NCBI GenBank assembly: GCA_040767805.1
Contig: JAXGNU010000001.1
Coordinates: 192,001 to 256,000 of the forward strand
Length of the DNA stretch: 64,000 nucleotides
Source: Thermovirgaceae bacterium
GTDB taxonomy: Bacteria; Synergistota; Synergistia; Synergistales; Thermovirgaceae
Direction: 5' to 3'
Below the pieces are notes generated by a model. It saw only the letters and a list, made by a program, of their open reading frames with translations. It searched no databases and was not told the origin of the DNA. The translations under genes and the position numbers were made by a program. Positions within the stretch are counted from its first letter, which is position 1. Every line of letters begins with the position of its first letter. Positions 19,279-28,459 of this stretch are shown here, in pieces.

Positions 19279-20513
19279 CGTCCCATCAACCTCCTCGTCT
19301 TTTCGCGGCACCGCTCGACGAGTTCGGACCTGGTCACGACCTGCTCATGGCCCGAGGACCGGTCGGTGACCACCATGCGCTCCATGCAGGAGATGCAGGG
19401 GTCGATGCTGTTGATGATGAGCGGCGAGTCGGCCAGTTCGTTGTCGCGGAACATGATCGGCCACGAGACCGCGTTGGCGTAGGTCGGGGCGCGGACCTTC
19501 CACCAGGTGACGTTCTCCTCACCGCCGGTGAGCCTTATGGCGTGGGTGTCGTCCCCCCGGGGGGCCTCGATGGAACTGAGGCCGGTCCCGTCGGCCTGTT
19601 TTAAGAAACTAAGCAGTTTGGTCAGCTTGGGTTCCCACATGAGGTCGCCCGTGGGGAGCCCGTTCAGGGCGTTCTCGATTATCTCCAGGGACTGGTAGAC
19701 CTCGAGCACCCTCACGAGGAAACGGTCGAAGACGTCGCCCCGGACCTCCCCCATGTAGTCCTGGGGGACGACGGGCTTGACGTCCATGTCGCAGTAGGCC
19801 TCGTAGGGGGAGGACCACCGGAGGTCCACCCTGAGGCCGCTCCCCCTGGCGGTGGGGCCCAGGGCGCAATGGGTGACGGCCTCCTCGCCGGTGAGGACGC
19901 CCACGTCGCGCATCCTGGCCTTGGCGATGGGGTCGTCGGTGACGACGTCGTAAAACACGCCGAACTCGTTCTTGTAAAAGGCGATCATGTCCCGGATGAC
20001 CTTTTCCACCGACGGGGTGACATCCCTGCGGACGCCGCCGATGGTGCCGGTCCCGTAGTTGACCCGGTTGCCCGTCAGGGCCTCCAGTACGTCCATGACC
20101 TTTTCTCTCAGGATCATCCCCAGGTTGAAGGCCGAGTCGTAGCCGAAGGTGTAGCAGGCCACCCCGGCCCACAGTATGTGGGAGTGAATCCTCTCCAGTT
20201 CCAGCACGATGGTCCTTATGTACTGGGCCCTTGCCGGCACCTCTATTCCGGCGGCATCCTCCACGGCACGGGTGAAGGTCACGATATGAGCGAAGGAGCA
20301 TATCCCGCAGATCCGCTCGGCGAGGTAGATGACCTGGATCGGGTTGCGTTCGCGGGCCATGAACTCGATGCCCCGGTGGATGGCGCCGGGCCGGATGGTC
20401 GCGTCCTTGATACGCTCCCCGTCGACGTCGAGCCAGGCCGTGATGGGCTCCTTGAGGCCGACGTGGACGGGCCCGATGGGCACTTTATAGGTTTTGTTCG
20501 TTCCTTGCGCCAT
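19275..20513 (-). CDS. mbhL: Group 4 [NiFe] hydrogenase large subunit
   Basis: L1 ERICGICSFAH and L2 DPCISCMER carry all four Cys. A C-terminal extension follows. Confidence 0.92.
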   Translation of the reverse strand: MAQGTNKTYKVPIGPVHVGLKEPITAWLDVDGERIKDATIRPGAIHRGIEFMARERNPIQVIYLAERICGICSFAHIVTFTRAVEDAAGIEVPARAQYIRTIVLELERIHSHILWAGVACYTFGYDSAFNLGMILREKVMDVLEALTGNRVNYGTGTIGGVRRDVTPSVEKVIRDMIAFYKNEFGVFYDVVTDDPIAKARMRDVGVLTGEEAVTHCALGPTARGSGLRVDLRWSSPYEAYCDMDVKPVVPQDYMGEVRGDVFDRFLVRVLEVYQSLEIIENALNGLPTGDLMWEPKLTKLLSFLKQADGTGLSSIEAPRGDDTHAIRLTGGEENVTWWKVRAPTYANAVSWPIMFRDNELADSPLIINSIDPCISCMERMVVTDRSSGHEQVVTRSELVERCREKTRRLMGR

Positions 20514-20525
20514 AGGAGGCACCTC

Positions 20526-21077
20526 CTAGGAGAGTTCCCTGATATCTTCCGGCTTCGGGCCGGTCTCGTCCCTGCGCCAGGGCTTGATCTCCTCGTCCCA
20601 GTCCTCGGGGAGGAAAACCAGGCCCTTGTTGGGCAGCCCGTCGAAGTCCACGCCGAACATCTCGCGGATCTCCCTTTCACTGTACTCCGTCCCGGGGATC
20701 CTGTCCCAGAGGGAGGGCATCACGAGGTCGTCCTTGGGCACCACGACGGAGACGGTGACGCCGAGCCTCTTGCCCCGGCCGACGCTGCGGAAGATCGAGA
20801 AGTGGTAGTTCAGCTCGACGGCGTCGCCGATGTCGTCGCCGGAGGTTATCTGGAAGTGGGGGAAGTCGATCTCCATCAGGGTGTCCACCATGTCCAGGAA
20901 GCGCTGCTTCTCCACCCGCACCCAGAGGCACCGGTAGGAGCCGCCGTTGGCCGCGCCCCCCCTGTATTCCCGCAGCACCATGTCGTCGGAGGTCTTGCGG
21001 AACTTCCTCTTCAGCAGCGAGAGGACCTCCTCGGGGTCCAGGTATTCATCGGTGTAACCCCTGCGGCGGAGGCTCAT
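20526..21077 (-). CDS. mbhK: Mbh subunit K (NuoC-like)
   Basis: EREIREMFGVDFDG, FLPEDW. Confidence 0.88.
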   Translation of the reverse strand: MSLRRRGYTDEYLDPEEVLSLLKRKFRKTSDDMVLREYRGGAANGGSYRCLWVRVEKQRFLDMVDTLMEIDFPHFQITSGDDIGDAVELNYHFSIFRSVGRGKRLGVTVSVVVPKDDLVMPSLWDRIPGTEYSEREIREMFGVDFDGLPNKGLVFLPEDWDEEIKPWRRDETGPKPEDIRELS

Positions 21078-21535
21078 TTCGCGGCACCCGCCTTTGCGAG
21101 GGTCTCCTTGAGTTTTTCCAGTTTCAGTACCGCCTTGGCGACGCCCTCGATGATGGCCTCCGGCCTGGGGGGGCACCCGTGGACGTACACGTCGACGGGT
21201 ATGATGTTGTCCACCGGGCCGTCCAGGTTGTAGGACTTGTAGAAGACGTCGCCCGAACCCGCGCAGTTCCCCACGGCGATGACCACCTTGGGGTCGGGCA
21301 TCTGGGCATAGATCCTCCGCAGCCGACCGGTCATGTACTTCGTCACGGGGCCGGTCACGAGCAGTGCGTCGGCGTGGCGGGGGGAGCCCACCAGCTTCAT
21401 GCCGAAGCGCTCTATGTCATACCTGGGCGTTATGGACGCCACGATCTCGATGTCGCAGCCGTTGCAGGACCCGCTGTTGCAGTGGAAGACCCAGATGGAC
21501 TTGGTCAGTATGTCAAGGTAGCGTTCCAGTTTCAT
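21074..21535 (-). CDS. mbhJ: Hydrogenase small subunit (NuoB-like)
   Basis: SCNGCDIE, SPRHAD, GNCA, GCPPRP. Confidence 0.92.
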   Translation of the reverse strand: MKLERYLDILTKSIWVFHCNSGSCNGCDIEIVASITPRYDIERFGMKLVGSPRHADALLVTGPVTKYMTGRLRRIYAQMPDPKVVIAVGNCAGSGDVFYKSYNLDGPVDNIIPVDVYVHGCPPRPEAIIEGVAKAVLKLEKLKETLAKAGAAK

Positions 21536-21547
21536 CGTCCCACCCCC

Positions 21548-21886
21548 CTAAAGAAGGACCAGCACCGCTACGACGGCCATGGTGAGCATGAAGTAGCCGA
21601 CATAATCGCTGCCGATGCCGGTGTGGAGTTCGATCAGCCAGTTGTAATAGGGCTTGAGGGCCTCCACGAACCCCCAGTAGGCCGAGGCGGCGGGGACCCC
21701 CATGTCGGCGCCGTCCTCGGGCACGATGTTGCTGCCGTAGAATATTTCATCCTGCTCGGTGCCTTCCTTGTAATCGCCGCGCCCCTTGGACCGGATGAAC
21801 AGGATGACGGCCGAGGCGATCGCGAAGAAAAGGAGCCAGAGGTACACGTCCCAGTAGCCGAAACCTGAATAGACCTTTTCCCACAT
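21548..21886 (-). CDS. mbhI: Mbh subunit I
   Basis: GYWD, TM helix, HTGIGSDY; lies between mbhH and mbhJ. Confidence 0.75.
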   Translation of the reverse strand: MWEKVYSGFGYWDVYLWLLFFAIASAVILFIRSKGRGDYKEGTEQDEIFYGSNIVPEDGADMGVPAASAYWGFVEALKPYYNWLIELHTGIGSDYVGYFMLTMAVVAVLVLL

Positions 21887-23451
21887 CACAGGCCACCTCC
21901 CATGACGGCGGAAATGTAGCCCGCCTGGTCGACCAGGGCTTTGGCGGCCGGTTCGACAAGGTGCGAGAGGGTCCAGCCCGGGAAGAGCGTGACCACCACG
22001 ATGACCAGGGTGAGCACGGCCATCCCGAAAAGCATGGACACCGGCGCTTCCGCGACCTTTTCAAAGGCCTTCCTGGCGGGGCCGAGGAAGGCGGTCTGGA
22101 AGACCTTGATGAAGGAGGCCAGCGTAAGCACCGAGGTGACCAGGGCCGCCACGGCCAGCAGCGGGTAGACGGCGAAGGTCGTCTGGTAGATCAGCAATTT
22201 CGAGACAAACCCGTTGAAGGGCGGGAGGCCCGCGATGGCGGCGGCGGCGATGACGAACATGAAGGTCGTCTGGGGCATGTTCCTGGCCAGCCCGCCCAGT
22301 TCGTTGAGGTCCCGGGTTCCGGCCGAGTAGAAGACGGCGCCGGCGGAGAGGAAGAGCAAGCCCTTGTACATGGTGTAGTTGAGGATGTGGAATATGCCGC
22401 CCTTCATGGCGGTGAAACCGTAATCGGCCATGGCCTGGGGGTCTTTGAGCGAGAGGAGGCCCACGCCCAGGGCCAACAGGATGTAGCCGATCTGGGAGAC
22501 CGAATGATAGGCCATGAGCCGTTTCATCTCTTTCTGTATGACCGCCATGGTGACCCCGATGAACATGGAGAGGACGCCCATGACGATTATCGTCCAGGGG
22601 ATCACGACGCTCCCGGCGGTCACGCCGTAAAGGGTGAAGCAGACCCGGAAAAGCCCGTAGAGCGACGCCTGGCTGACGGCGACCAAAAGGCAGGTGACCC
22701 CCGCCGGGGCCTCGGCGTAAGCGTCGGGGGTCCACATGTGCATCGGGACGGCGCCGCTCTTCATGGCCAGCGACACGACGAGGAAGACCAGGGCGATCTT
22801 CTCGGCGTAGCCCATGTGGAGCATCCTGGCGACGGCCGCTATGTTGACGGCGTTGTACCGGCCGTAGAGGAACCCGACGGCGATGAGCACGAACATGGCC
22901 GACACGGTGGAGACCACCATGTACTTAAAGGAGGCCTCCACCGCTTCGGGGCGGTCCCTCCAGAAGGCGATGAGACCGAAGGAGGCCACCGAGGCGATCT
23001 CCAGGAACACGAAGAAGTTGAAAAGGTCGCCCGTGATCTGCATACCCAGCATCCCCGCGACCAGGAGGAAGTACAGGGCGGAGAACTTCTCGAGGCCGGT
23101 GAACTTGTCCATGAAGCGGAGGGAGAAGAAGGCGCCGGCGAGGGCGGCTATGGAACTGGTCGCCGCCATGAAGGCGCTGAAGGCGTCGACCTGGATGATG
23201 ATCCTGATGGGCCAGCTGAGGCCCGAGGGGAGGGTGAAGTTCCAGGATTCACCCCCCATCACGTAAACCATCGTCCCCCCCGCGAGGACCCTCTGCAGCA
23301 GCATGACGCAGATCGCGGTAGTGGCGATGGAGACGCAAACCATCCACGTGTTGCGCAGGAATCGTCCCCCGAGGCCGACGACCAGGGAGAGGAAGGCCCC
23401 AAGGAGGGGCACGGCCAGGGCCAGCGCTGGAAGGTGCACCTGCCAGTTCAT
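21886..23451 (-). CDS. mbhH: Mbh subunit H (MrpD/NuoN-like proton-translocating)
   Basis: DLFNFFVFLE, PMHMWTPDAY, KRLMAYHS, GLPPFNGF. Confidence 0.92.
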   Translation of the reverse strand: MNWQVHLPALALAVPLLGAFLSLVVGLGGRFLRNTWMVCVSIATTAICVMLLQRVLAGGTMVYVMGGESWNFTLPSGLSWPIRIIIQVDAFSAFMAATSSIAALAGAFFSLRFMDKFTGLEKFSALYFLLVAGMLGMQITGDLFNFFVFLEIASVASFGLIAFWRDRPEAVEASFKYMVVSTVSAMFVLIAVGFLYGRYNAVNIAAVARMLHMGYAEKIALVFLVVSLAMKSGAVPMHMWTPDAYAEAPAGVTCLLVAVSQASLYGLFRVCFTLYGVTAGSVVIPWTIIVMGVLSMFIGVTMAVIQKEMKRLMAYHSVSQIGYILLALGVGLLSLKDPQAMADYGFTAMKGGIFHILNYTMYKGLLFLSAGAVFYSAGTRDLNELGGLARNMPQTTFMFVIAAAAIAGLPPFNGFVSKLLIYQTTFAVYPLLAVAALVTSVLTLASFIKVFQTAFLGPARKAFEKVAEAPVSMLFGMAVLTLVIVVVTLFPGWTLSHLVEPAAKALVDQAGYISAVMGGGL

Positions 23452-23795
23452 CCCCTCAGCCTCCTGATCTCGCGGACGTCGAGGGTCCCGTAATGCCGGT
23501 AAAGCAGCATGACCAGCGAAAGGAGCAGCGCCGAGGTGGCCAGCCCGATAACGATGGCCGTGAGGGTCAGAGCCTGGGGGGTGGGAAGGACCATGGTCTT
23601 CACATCCCCCGCCAGGGTGAATATCGGGACGGACCCGCCGGTCCGGTACCCCAGGACGATGAGGAGAAGGTTGGCCGAGGCCTCCAGGAGCGATATCCCT
23701 ATGGCTATCTTGATGAGGTTCCTCTCGGTGAGTATGGCGTATATCCCCAGCAGGAAGACGACTCCCACCACGAGGAAGGGGGCGTTACCGGTCAT
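23448..23795 (-). CDS. mbhG: Mbh subunit G (MrpC-like)
   Basis: PQALTLTAIVIG, YRHYGTLD. Confidence 0.9.
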   Translation of the reverse strand: MTGNAPFLVVGVVFLLGIYAILTERNLIKIAIGISLLEASANLLLIVLGYRTGGSVPIFTLAGDVKTMVLPTPQALTLTAIVIGLATSALLLSLVMLLYRHYGTLDVREIRRLRG

Positions 23796-24282
23796 GGCCT
23801 CTCTCACTCCTTCCCTCACGGCCTTCGAAAAGGCGGATACCCTTGAACATGTAGATCAAGACCAGGGAGAGCCCGCTGACGACCTCCAGGCCCACGGCCA
23901 TGTTCATTAGCGATATGGTGCCGGCGCTGTTGAGTATGCCGCTGTTGGGCCCGAGGGGGACCACCGCTCCGAAGAGGCCCCCTTGGCCCGCCAGGAAGTT
24001 GTAGAAGAAGGTCGTCCCGATGCCGAGGAACCCGGCGGTTATGAAAACCAGGAGCCCCGTCGCCTCCATGCCGGTGTATATGCCGGGCTTCACGAAGGAG
24101 AGGACCTTTTTCCCGCCGTAGGCGACGAGGAGGAGGGCCGCCATGGTGGCGACCACGGCCCCTCCCTGGAAACCCCCGCCGGGGGAGATGTGGCCGTGGA
24201 TGATGACGTAAGCGCCGAAGATGCCCAGGAACCAGGCGAAAATATCACAGATGGTCCTGACGACGACGGAAAGGGGGTTCAC
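23785..24282 (-). CDS. mbhF: Mbh subunit F (MrpB C-terminal part)
   Basis: HGHISPGGGFQGG. Confidence 0.9.
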   Translation of the reverse strand: MNPLSVVVRTICDIFAWFLGIFGAYVIIHGHISPGGGFQGGAVVATMAALLLVAYGGKKVLSFVKPGIYTGMEATGLLVFITAGFLGIGTTFFYNFLAGQGGLFGAVVPLGPNSGILNSAGTISLMNMAVGLEVVSGLSLVLIYMFKGIRLFEGREGRSERGHDR

Positions 24283-24554
24283 CTTTTCTCACTCCCCTCA
24301 CGGAAAAGGGCGAGCACGGAGCAGACCGCCGTGAAAAGAACCGCCGCCTCGCCCAGGGTGTCGAAACCCCTGTAATCGAAGACTATCGAGGTGACGACGT
24401 TGTTCACGGAGCGCTCCCGCTGGGCGTTCTCAAGGTAATAGTCGTCCATGGGGGCCCTTGCCGTGTCCCCGAAGGGGTGGATCCTGGCCAGGGCGCCCAG
24501 GAAGACCCCGGCGACGACGAGGACGGCCACGACGAAAAGGACTTGCCGTTTCAT
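24279..24554 (-). CDS. mbhE: Mbh subunit E
   Basis: NVVTSIVFDYRGFDTLGE. Confidence 0.9.
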   Translation of the reverse strand: MKRQVLFVVAVLVVAGVFLGALARIHPFGDTARAPMDDYYLENAQRERSVNNVVTSIVFDYRGFDTLGEAAVLFTAVCSVLALFREGSEKR

Positions 24555-24814
24555 CGCCCCTCACCCCCCCTGGGGCTCTTCAGGGCCTTGCACGCCCTGA
24601 GGGCGATGATGTAGATGGCGGTGCTCAGCCCCGCCCCGATGGCCGCTTCGGCGATGGCCACGTCGGGGGCCTGGAGTATGAAGTACTCCAGGGCCAGCAA
24701 CAGGCTGAAGACCGCCAGAGAGATGACCGATGAAAGGAGGTCCCGGAACCAGACGGCGTAAAAGGCCGCGATGACGATGATGGTCAGGACCGCCATGTGG
24801 GCGTAACCGTTCAT
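24551..24814 (-). CDS. mbhD: Mbh subunit D (DUF4040)
   Basis: LQAPDVAIAEAAIGAG. Confidence 0.9.
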   Translation of the reverse strand: MNGYAHMAVLTIIVIAAFYAVWFRDLLSSVISLAVFSLLLALEYFILQAPDVAIAEAAIGAGLSTAIYIIALRACKALKSPRGGEGR

Positions 24815-25182
24815 GCCGAAACACCGCCTTTCTTGCGATGGTCCTCGGCCAGCCTGTCCACCACGGCGTACTTGGGGAGCACACCGCTCCTGTGGGCCGC
24901 GCGGGCTATGGCGTGGGCGCCGGTGGGGTTCGATATGAGAAGGGCGAAGATGGCCAGGATTACGTGGACCGAGAGCGTCGTGAAACGCCCCTCGCCGGTC
25001 CGCAGGTACATCTGGAGGGCGTAGACCACGACCGCCGCCGAGGTGAATATCGAGCCGAAGGTGGTGCACTTGGTCGTCCCGTGAAGGCGGGTGTAAACAT
25101 CGGGGAAGCGGTAAAGGGCGACCGTCCCGAGGAAGTTGAACAGCACGCCGATCGTAAGGAGGATAAGGGCCGCTTTCTCCAA
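24811..25182 (-). CDS. mbhC: Mbh subunit C (MrpG-like)
   Basis: RFPDVYTRLHGTTK, PTGAHAIARA. TTG start inferred. Confidence 0.88.
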   Translation of the reverse strand: MEKAALILLTIGVLFNFLGTVALYRFPDVYTRLHGTTKCTTFGSIFTSAAVVVYALQMYLRTGEGRFTTLSVHVILAIFALLISNPTGAHAIARAAHRSGVLPKYAVVDRLAEDHRKKGGVSA

Positions 25183-25184
25183 GG

Positions 25185-25445
25185 CTAGACACCCCCCTCG
25201 ACGTGGCGGGCGATGAACAGGGTCCCCACGAAGGAGAGGGCGGCATAAACGATGGCCACGTCGACCATTATCACCGAATCGTACACGAGCGAAAGAATGA
25301 TCATGAGGGCTATAACCATGGTGTTGATGGAGTCGAGAGCCACCACCCTGTCGGGGACGGTAGGCCCCGCGATGAGCCTGCCCACCATGGCGAGCGCGCA
25401 AAAGCCCGTCACCGCCGCCGCCCAGGCGAAATAGGAAATGATCAT
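25185..25445 (-). CDS. mbhB: Mbh subunit B (MrpF-like)
   Basis: RLIAGPTVPDRVVALD. Confidence 0.9.
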   Translation of the reverse strand: MIISYFAWAAAVTGFCALAMVGRLIAGPTVPDRVVALDSINTMVIALMIILSLVYDSVIMVDVAIVYAALSFVGTLFIARHVEGGV

Positions 25446-25945
25446 CCGGCAACCCTCCTCGCCCATCTCCCGAAAGAGCCATAGACGCTCTCCTCGGACG
25501 GGTCCTCATCGGTCACGTTGATCCAGTGGATGTAGTAGACGCCCGTCTCACCGGAATCGTCCACGTCGACGGTAAGCGTCCCCGGCGTCAGCGTGATTGA
25601 GTTCGCCAGCATGGCCTGGGCCAGGCTCCCCTTCAACCCGGAGTCGATCCTGACGATGCCGGGGCGGATCTTCCCCGTTATCACCCTGTAGGCCACGTCC
25701 AGGTTGGCCTTGGTCATCCCCCAGAGGAAGGGGAACGCGAGGAACAGGATGAACTTGACCCAGCGGAGCGGGTTCAGCCCGGCCAGGGTCCAGGACCTGC
25801 CCGGGTTCCAGGCCCTCGCGAGGCCGGCCATGACCCCCCCCAGGGCCACCGCTATCCCCGCCTCGATGGGGTCGATGCCTCCCCCGCTCCACGCCAGCAA
25901 CAGGTAGGCGGCAACGGAAAGGACAAAAATTACCACACGCCTCAC
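25442..25945 (-). CDS. mbhA: Mbh subunit A (MrpE-like)
   Basis: ANLDVAYRV, LANSITLTPGTLTV. Confidence 0.9.
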   Translation of the reverse strand: MRRVVIFVLSVAAYLLLAWSGGGIDPIEAGIAVALGGVMAGLARAWNPGRSWTLAGLNPLRWVKFILFLAFPFLWGMTKANLDVAYRVITGKIRPGIVRIDSGLKGSLAQAMLANSITLTPGTLTVDVDDSGETGVYYIHWINVTDEDPSEESVYGSFGRWARRVAG

Positions 25946-26181
25946 CCCCCTATTCCAGTTCTTTCAAGATCGCCGAAGCGATACAGTCCATGAGCGCCCC
26001 GCCGATGAGGCCGGGCGCGGGATAAATACAGTTATGCATTATACATAATAAGCGCCACGGGAGAACCCCCAATTTACAATGCCTTTCGGAATCCGGCTTT
26101 ACGTGCTAGCCTTGACTCTTGAGCCACCCGGCCGGAAAGATGCGGCCGCCCTGTATTGTAACCCTATCGCGGAAGAAGTGA

Positions 26182-26694
26182 ATGAACAGTTTGAACATAA
26201 TCAGATGCCTGGCCGTTCTCCTTCTCCTGTCCCTCCCTCCCGGCACCGCCTTCGGGGCAATCTCCCTCGGGGAGTGGAACTCGGCCGACGCGGGGCTCCT
26301 GGCGACCCGGGGCGAAGTGATGGAAAGCCTGGGCCCCCCCGACGGCGCCGGAGGCTCCGTCGAGTGGTACGACATTTCCGGCGACGAAGGTTTGACGAGG
26401 GTCACCCTGGATTATCTCGACGGAGAAAGGGTGCAGGCGATCCACCTGGCCTTCAGGAGAGGCTCGGTCGACCTGGAGACCCTGGCATCCGTCATAAGGA
26501 GCGCCTTTCCGGGCGCATCCGAGGTCTACGGCGACGACCGGATGGCGGTCTTCCTCGGAGGGACCGACGACGGGGACGGACCGCTCTACTTCCTCGCCCT
26601 GGCCGGGGAACCCCTGGGGGACAGGGGGCCCGAACTGGTCTCCATGACCGAGGCGGCCAACCGGCACTACCAAGAGGAACGGACCCCGGAGTAA
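26182..26694 (+). CDS. Hypothetical exported protein
   Basis: Signal peptide (AVLLLLSLPPGTAFG|A) and an acidic globular remainder. Confidence 0.65.
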   Translation: MNSLNIIRCLAVLLLLSLPPGTAFGAISLGEWNSADAGLLATRGEVMESLGPPDGAGGSVEWYDISGDEGLTRVTLDYLDGERVQAIHLAFRRGSVDLETLASVIRSAFPGASEVYGDDRMAVFLGGTDDGDGPLYFLALAGEPLGDRGPELVSMTEAANRHYQEERTPE

Positions 26695-26778
26695 CCCGAG
26701 AGGCTTGTCAATATATCCCGGAAGGTGTATCCTTATAGTAATCTTTTACGGGATCATGTTTTCCGGGAGTGTCAGATC

Positions 26779-28065
26779 ATGTTCGCCCTCTGCGACTGCA
26801 ACAACTTCTACGCCTCCTGCGAGAGGCTCTTCAGGCCCGACCTCGAATCCCGCCCCGTGGCGGTCCTTTCCAACAACGACGGCTGCGTCATAGCCCGCTC
26901 CGCCGAAGTGAAGGCCCTGGGCGTACCCATGGGGGCGCCCTATTTCAAGGAAGAGGGCCGGTTCAGGCATTTCGGCGTGGAGGTCTTCTCCTCGAACTTC
27001 CCCCTCTACGAGGACCTCTCCAGGAGGGTCTCCGACGCCCTCCGCAGCATGGCGCCCGACGTGGAGATCTACTCCATCGACGAGGCCTTTCTCCGCATCG
27101 ACGCCCTGCCGGCGGCCGCCTCGGACCCCGAGGGATTCTGCCGCCGCCTCCGCGAGAGGGTCCTCCGGTGGACGGGGATACCCGTATCGATCGGCCTGGG
27201 AGCCACCAAGACGCTAGCCAAGGCGGCCAACAGGATAGCCAAGAGGGACCCCTCCAGGGGAGGCGTCTTCGCCATGCCCGGCGGCGCGGGGGACGACCCT
27301 CACCTCGAAGGGATAGACATAGGCGATACCTGGGGGATCGGCCTCCGCAACGCCCCGAGGCTGCGCCGTTTCGGGATCGGCACCGCCAGGGGGCTCAAGT
27401 ACGCCGACGAGGAGTGGCTCAAAAAACGCTTCTCCATCAGCGAGGCCAGGACCTCCAGGGAGCTCAACGGCCAGGTCTGCCACCCCTTCACCGAGAGGGC
27501 GAAACCGCGCAAGACCATAAGGGTATCCAGGAGCTTCGGCAACCCGGTCGTGGACCTTCACTCCCTCAAGGAGGCCGTCTCGAGCTTCGCCTTCTCGGCG
27601 GCCGAGACCCTCAGGAAGCAAGGTTCGGCCGCCGGGAAGATGCACCTCTTCCTGATGACCAACCCCTTCGGGGAGGGGCCCGGCTACGCCGCCGGGGCCA
27701 CGGAGAGATTCGATGTCCCGGCGTCGGGCACAGTCGAGATCGTCGGCCGGGCGGTGAAGTGCCTGGAAGGGATCTTCGTGGAAGGCCCGGCCTACAAGAA
27801 GGCCGGGGTGATACTGACGGACCTGGCCGACGCGGCCTGCCTGCAGCGGCACCTCTTCACCCCCATGAGGGACCCCCGGGAGGGGGCCCTCATGGGGGTG
27901 ATGGACCGGTTGAACCGGGAACTGGGGAAGGGGACCGTCTTCACCGCATCGATGGGCGTCCACGGCAGGAGGTCCTGGGTGATGCGCCAAGGGCGCGTGT
28001 CGCCGCGCTATACGACCCGTTGGGAGGAAATCCCCGCCGTGCTCCCCCCGGAGGAGGCGCCATGA
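26779..28065 (+). CDS. umuC: Y-family DNA polymerase V catalytic subunit
   Basis: DCNNFYASCE, SNNDGC, YSIDE, and C-terminal WVMRQ..SPRYTTRW (DUF4113). Confidence 0.93.
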   Translation: MFALCDCNNFYASCERLFRPDLESRPVAVLSNNDGCVIARSAEVKALGVPMGAPYFKEEGRFRHFGVEVFSSNFPLYEDLSRRVSDALRSMAPDVEIYSIDEAFLRIDALPAAASDPEGFCRRLRERVLRWTGIPVSIGLGATKTLAKAANRIAKRDPSRGGVFAMPGGAGDDPHLEGIDIGDTWGIGLRNAPRLRRFGIGTARGLKYADEEWLKKRFSISEARTSRELNGQVCHPFTERAKPRKTIRVSRSFGNPVVDLHSLKEAVSSFAFSAAETLRKQGSAAGKMHLFLMTNPFGEGPGYAAGATERFDVPASGTVEIVGRAVKCLEGIFVEGPAYKKAGVILTDLADAACLQRHLFTPMRDPREGALMGVMDRLNRELGKGTVFTASMGVHGRRSWVMRQGRVSPRYTTRWEEIPAVLPPEEAP

Positions 28066-28376
28066 TGAACGATCCCAGGTCCGCCACGGGCTTCCCCTCC
28101 CCCGCCGACCCCTTCAGGGAGGACCCCCTGGACATAAGTTCGCTGCTGGTCCGGAACCGGGCGTCCACCTTCCTGATGCGCTCGGCGGGGAGGATCCCCG
28201 CCTGGTCCATAGAAGAAGGCGACATCCTCGTCGTGGACCGCTCCTGCCGGGCTGAAAGGGGCGACCTGGCCGTCATAACCAGGGACGGCAAGCTCGCGCT
28301 CTGGGAGGTCCCTTCGGGCGGCGCCTCCACCTGGGGCGTGGTCAGGGGTGTCGTAAGGGTCCTGAGGCGCCGGTAG
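28062..28376 (+). CDS. umuD: Truncated UmuD-like protein lacking the S24 catalytic residues
   Basis: GFPSPA, GDILVVDR and WGVV are present. ATGA overlap with umuC. The GDSM and VK motifs are absent. Confidence 0.8.
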   Translation: MMNDPRSATGFPSPADPFREDPLDISSLLVRNRASTFLMRSAGRIPAWSIEEGDILVVDRSCRAERGDLAVITRDGKLALWEVPSGGASTWGVVRGVVRVLRRR

Positions 28377-28400
28377 TGACGGCGGCCGCGCCGCCGCCGA

Positions 28401-28430
28401 TAAAAAAAGCCGCCCCTAAGGGGCGGCTTC
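28401..28430. terminator. Terminator between umuCD and the aminotransferase
   Basis: AAGCCGCCCC-TAA-GGGGCGGCTT with an A7 tract. Confidence 0.75.
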
Positions 28431-28459
28431 GGTTCTTGCGGGCCCGCGGGCGCCCGGGA

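Noticed and set aside
19275..20513. Mbx/Mbs sulfane reductase or complex I-like enzyme, or a NiFeSe enzyme
   Set aside because: Both CxxC motifs are intact with plain Cys codons, and mbhI is present.
26769..28061. 535-aa ORF suggesting a long N-terminal extension of UmuD
   Set aside because: It is an Arg/Gly/Pro-rich out-of-frame overlap of umuC. The real start is ATG 28062 after a GGAGG RBS.
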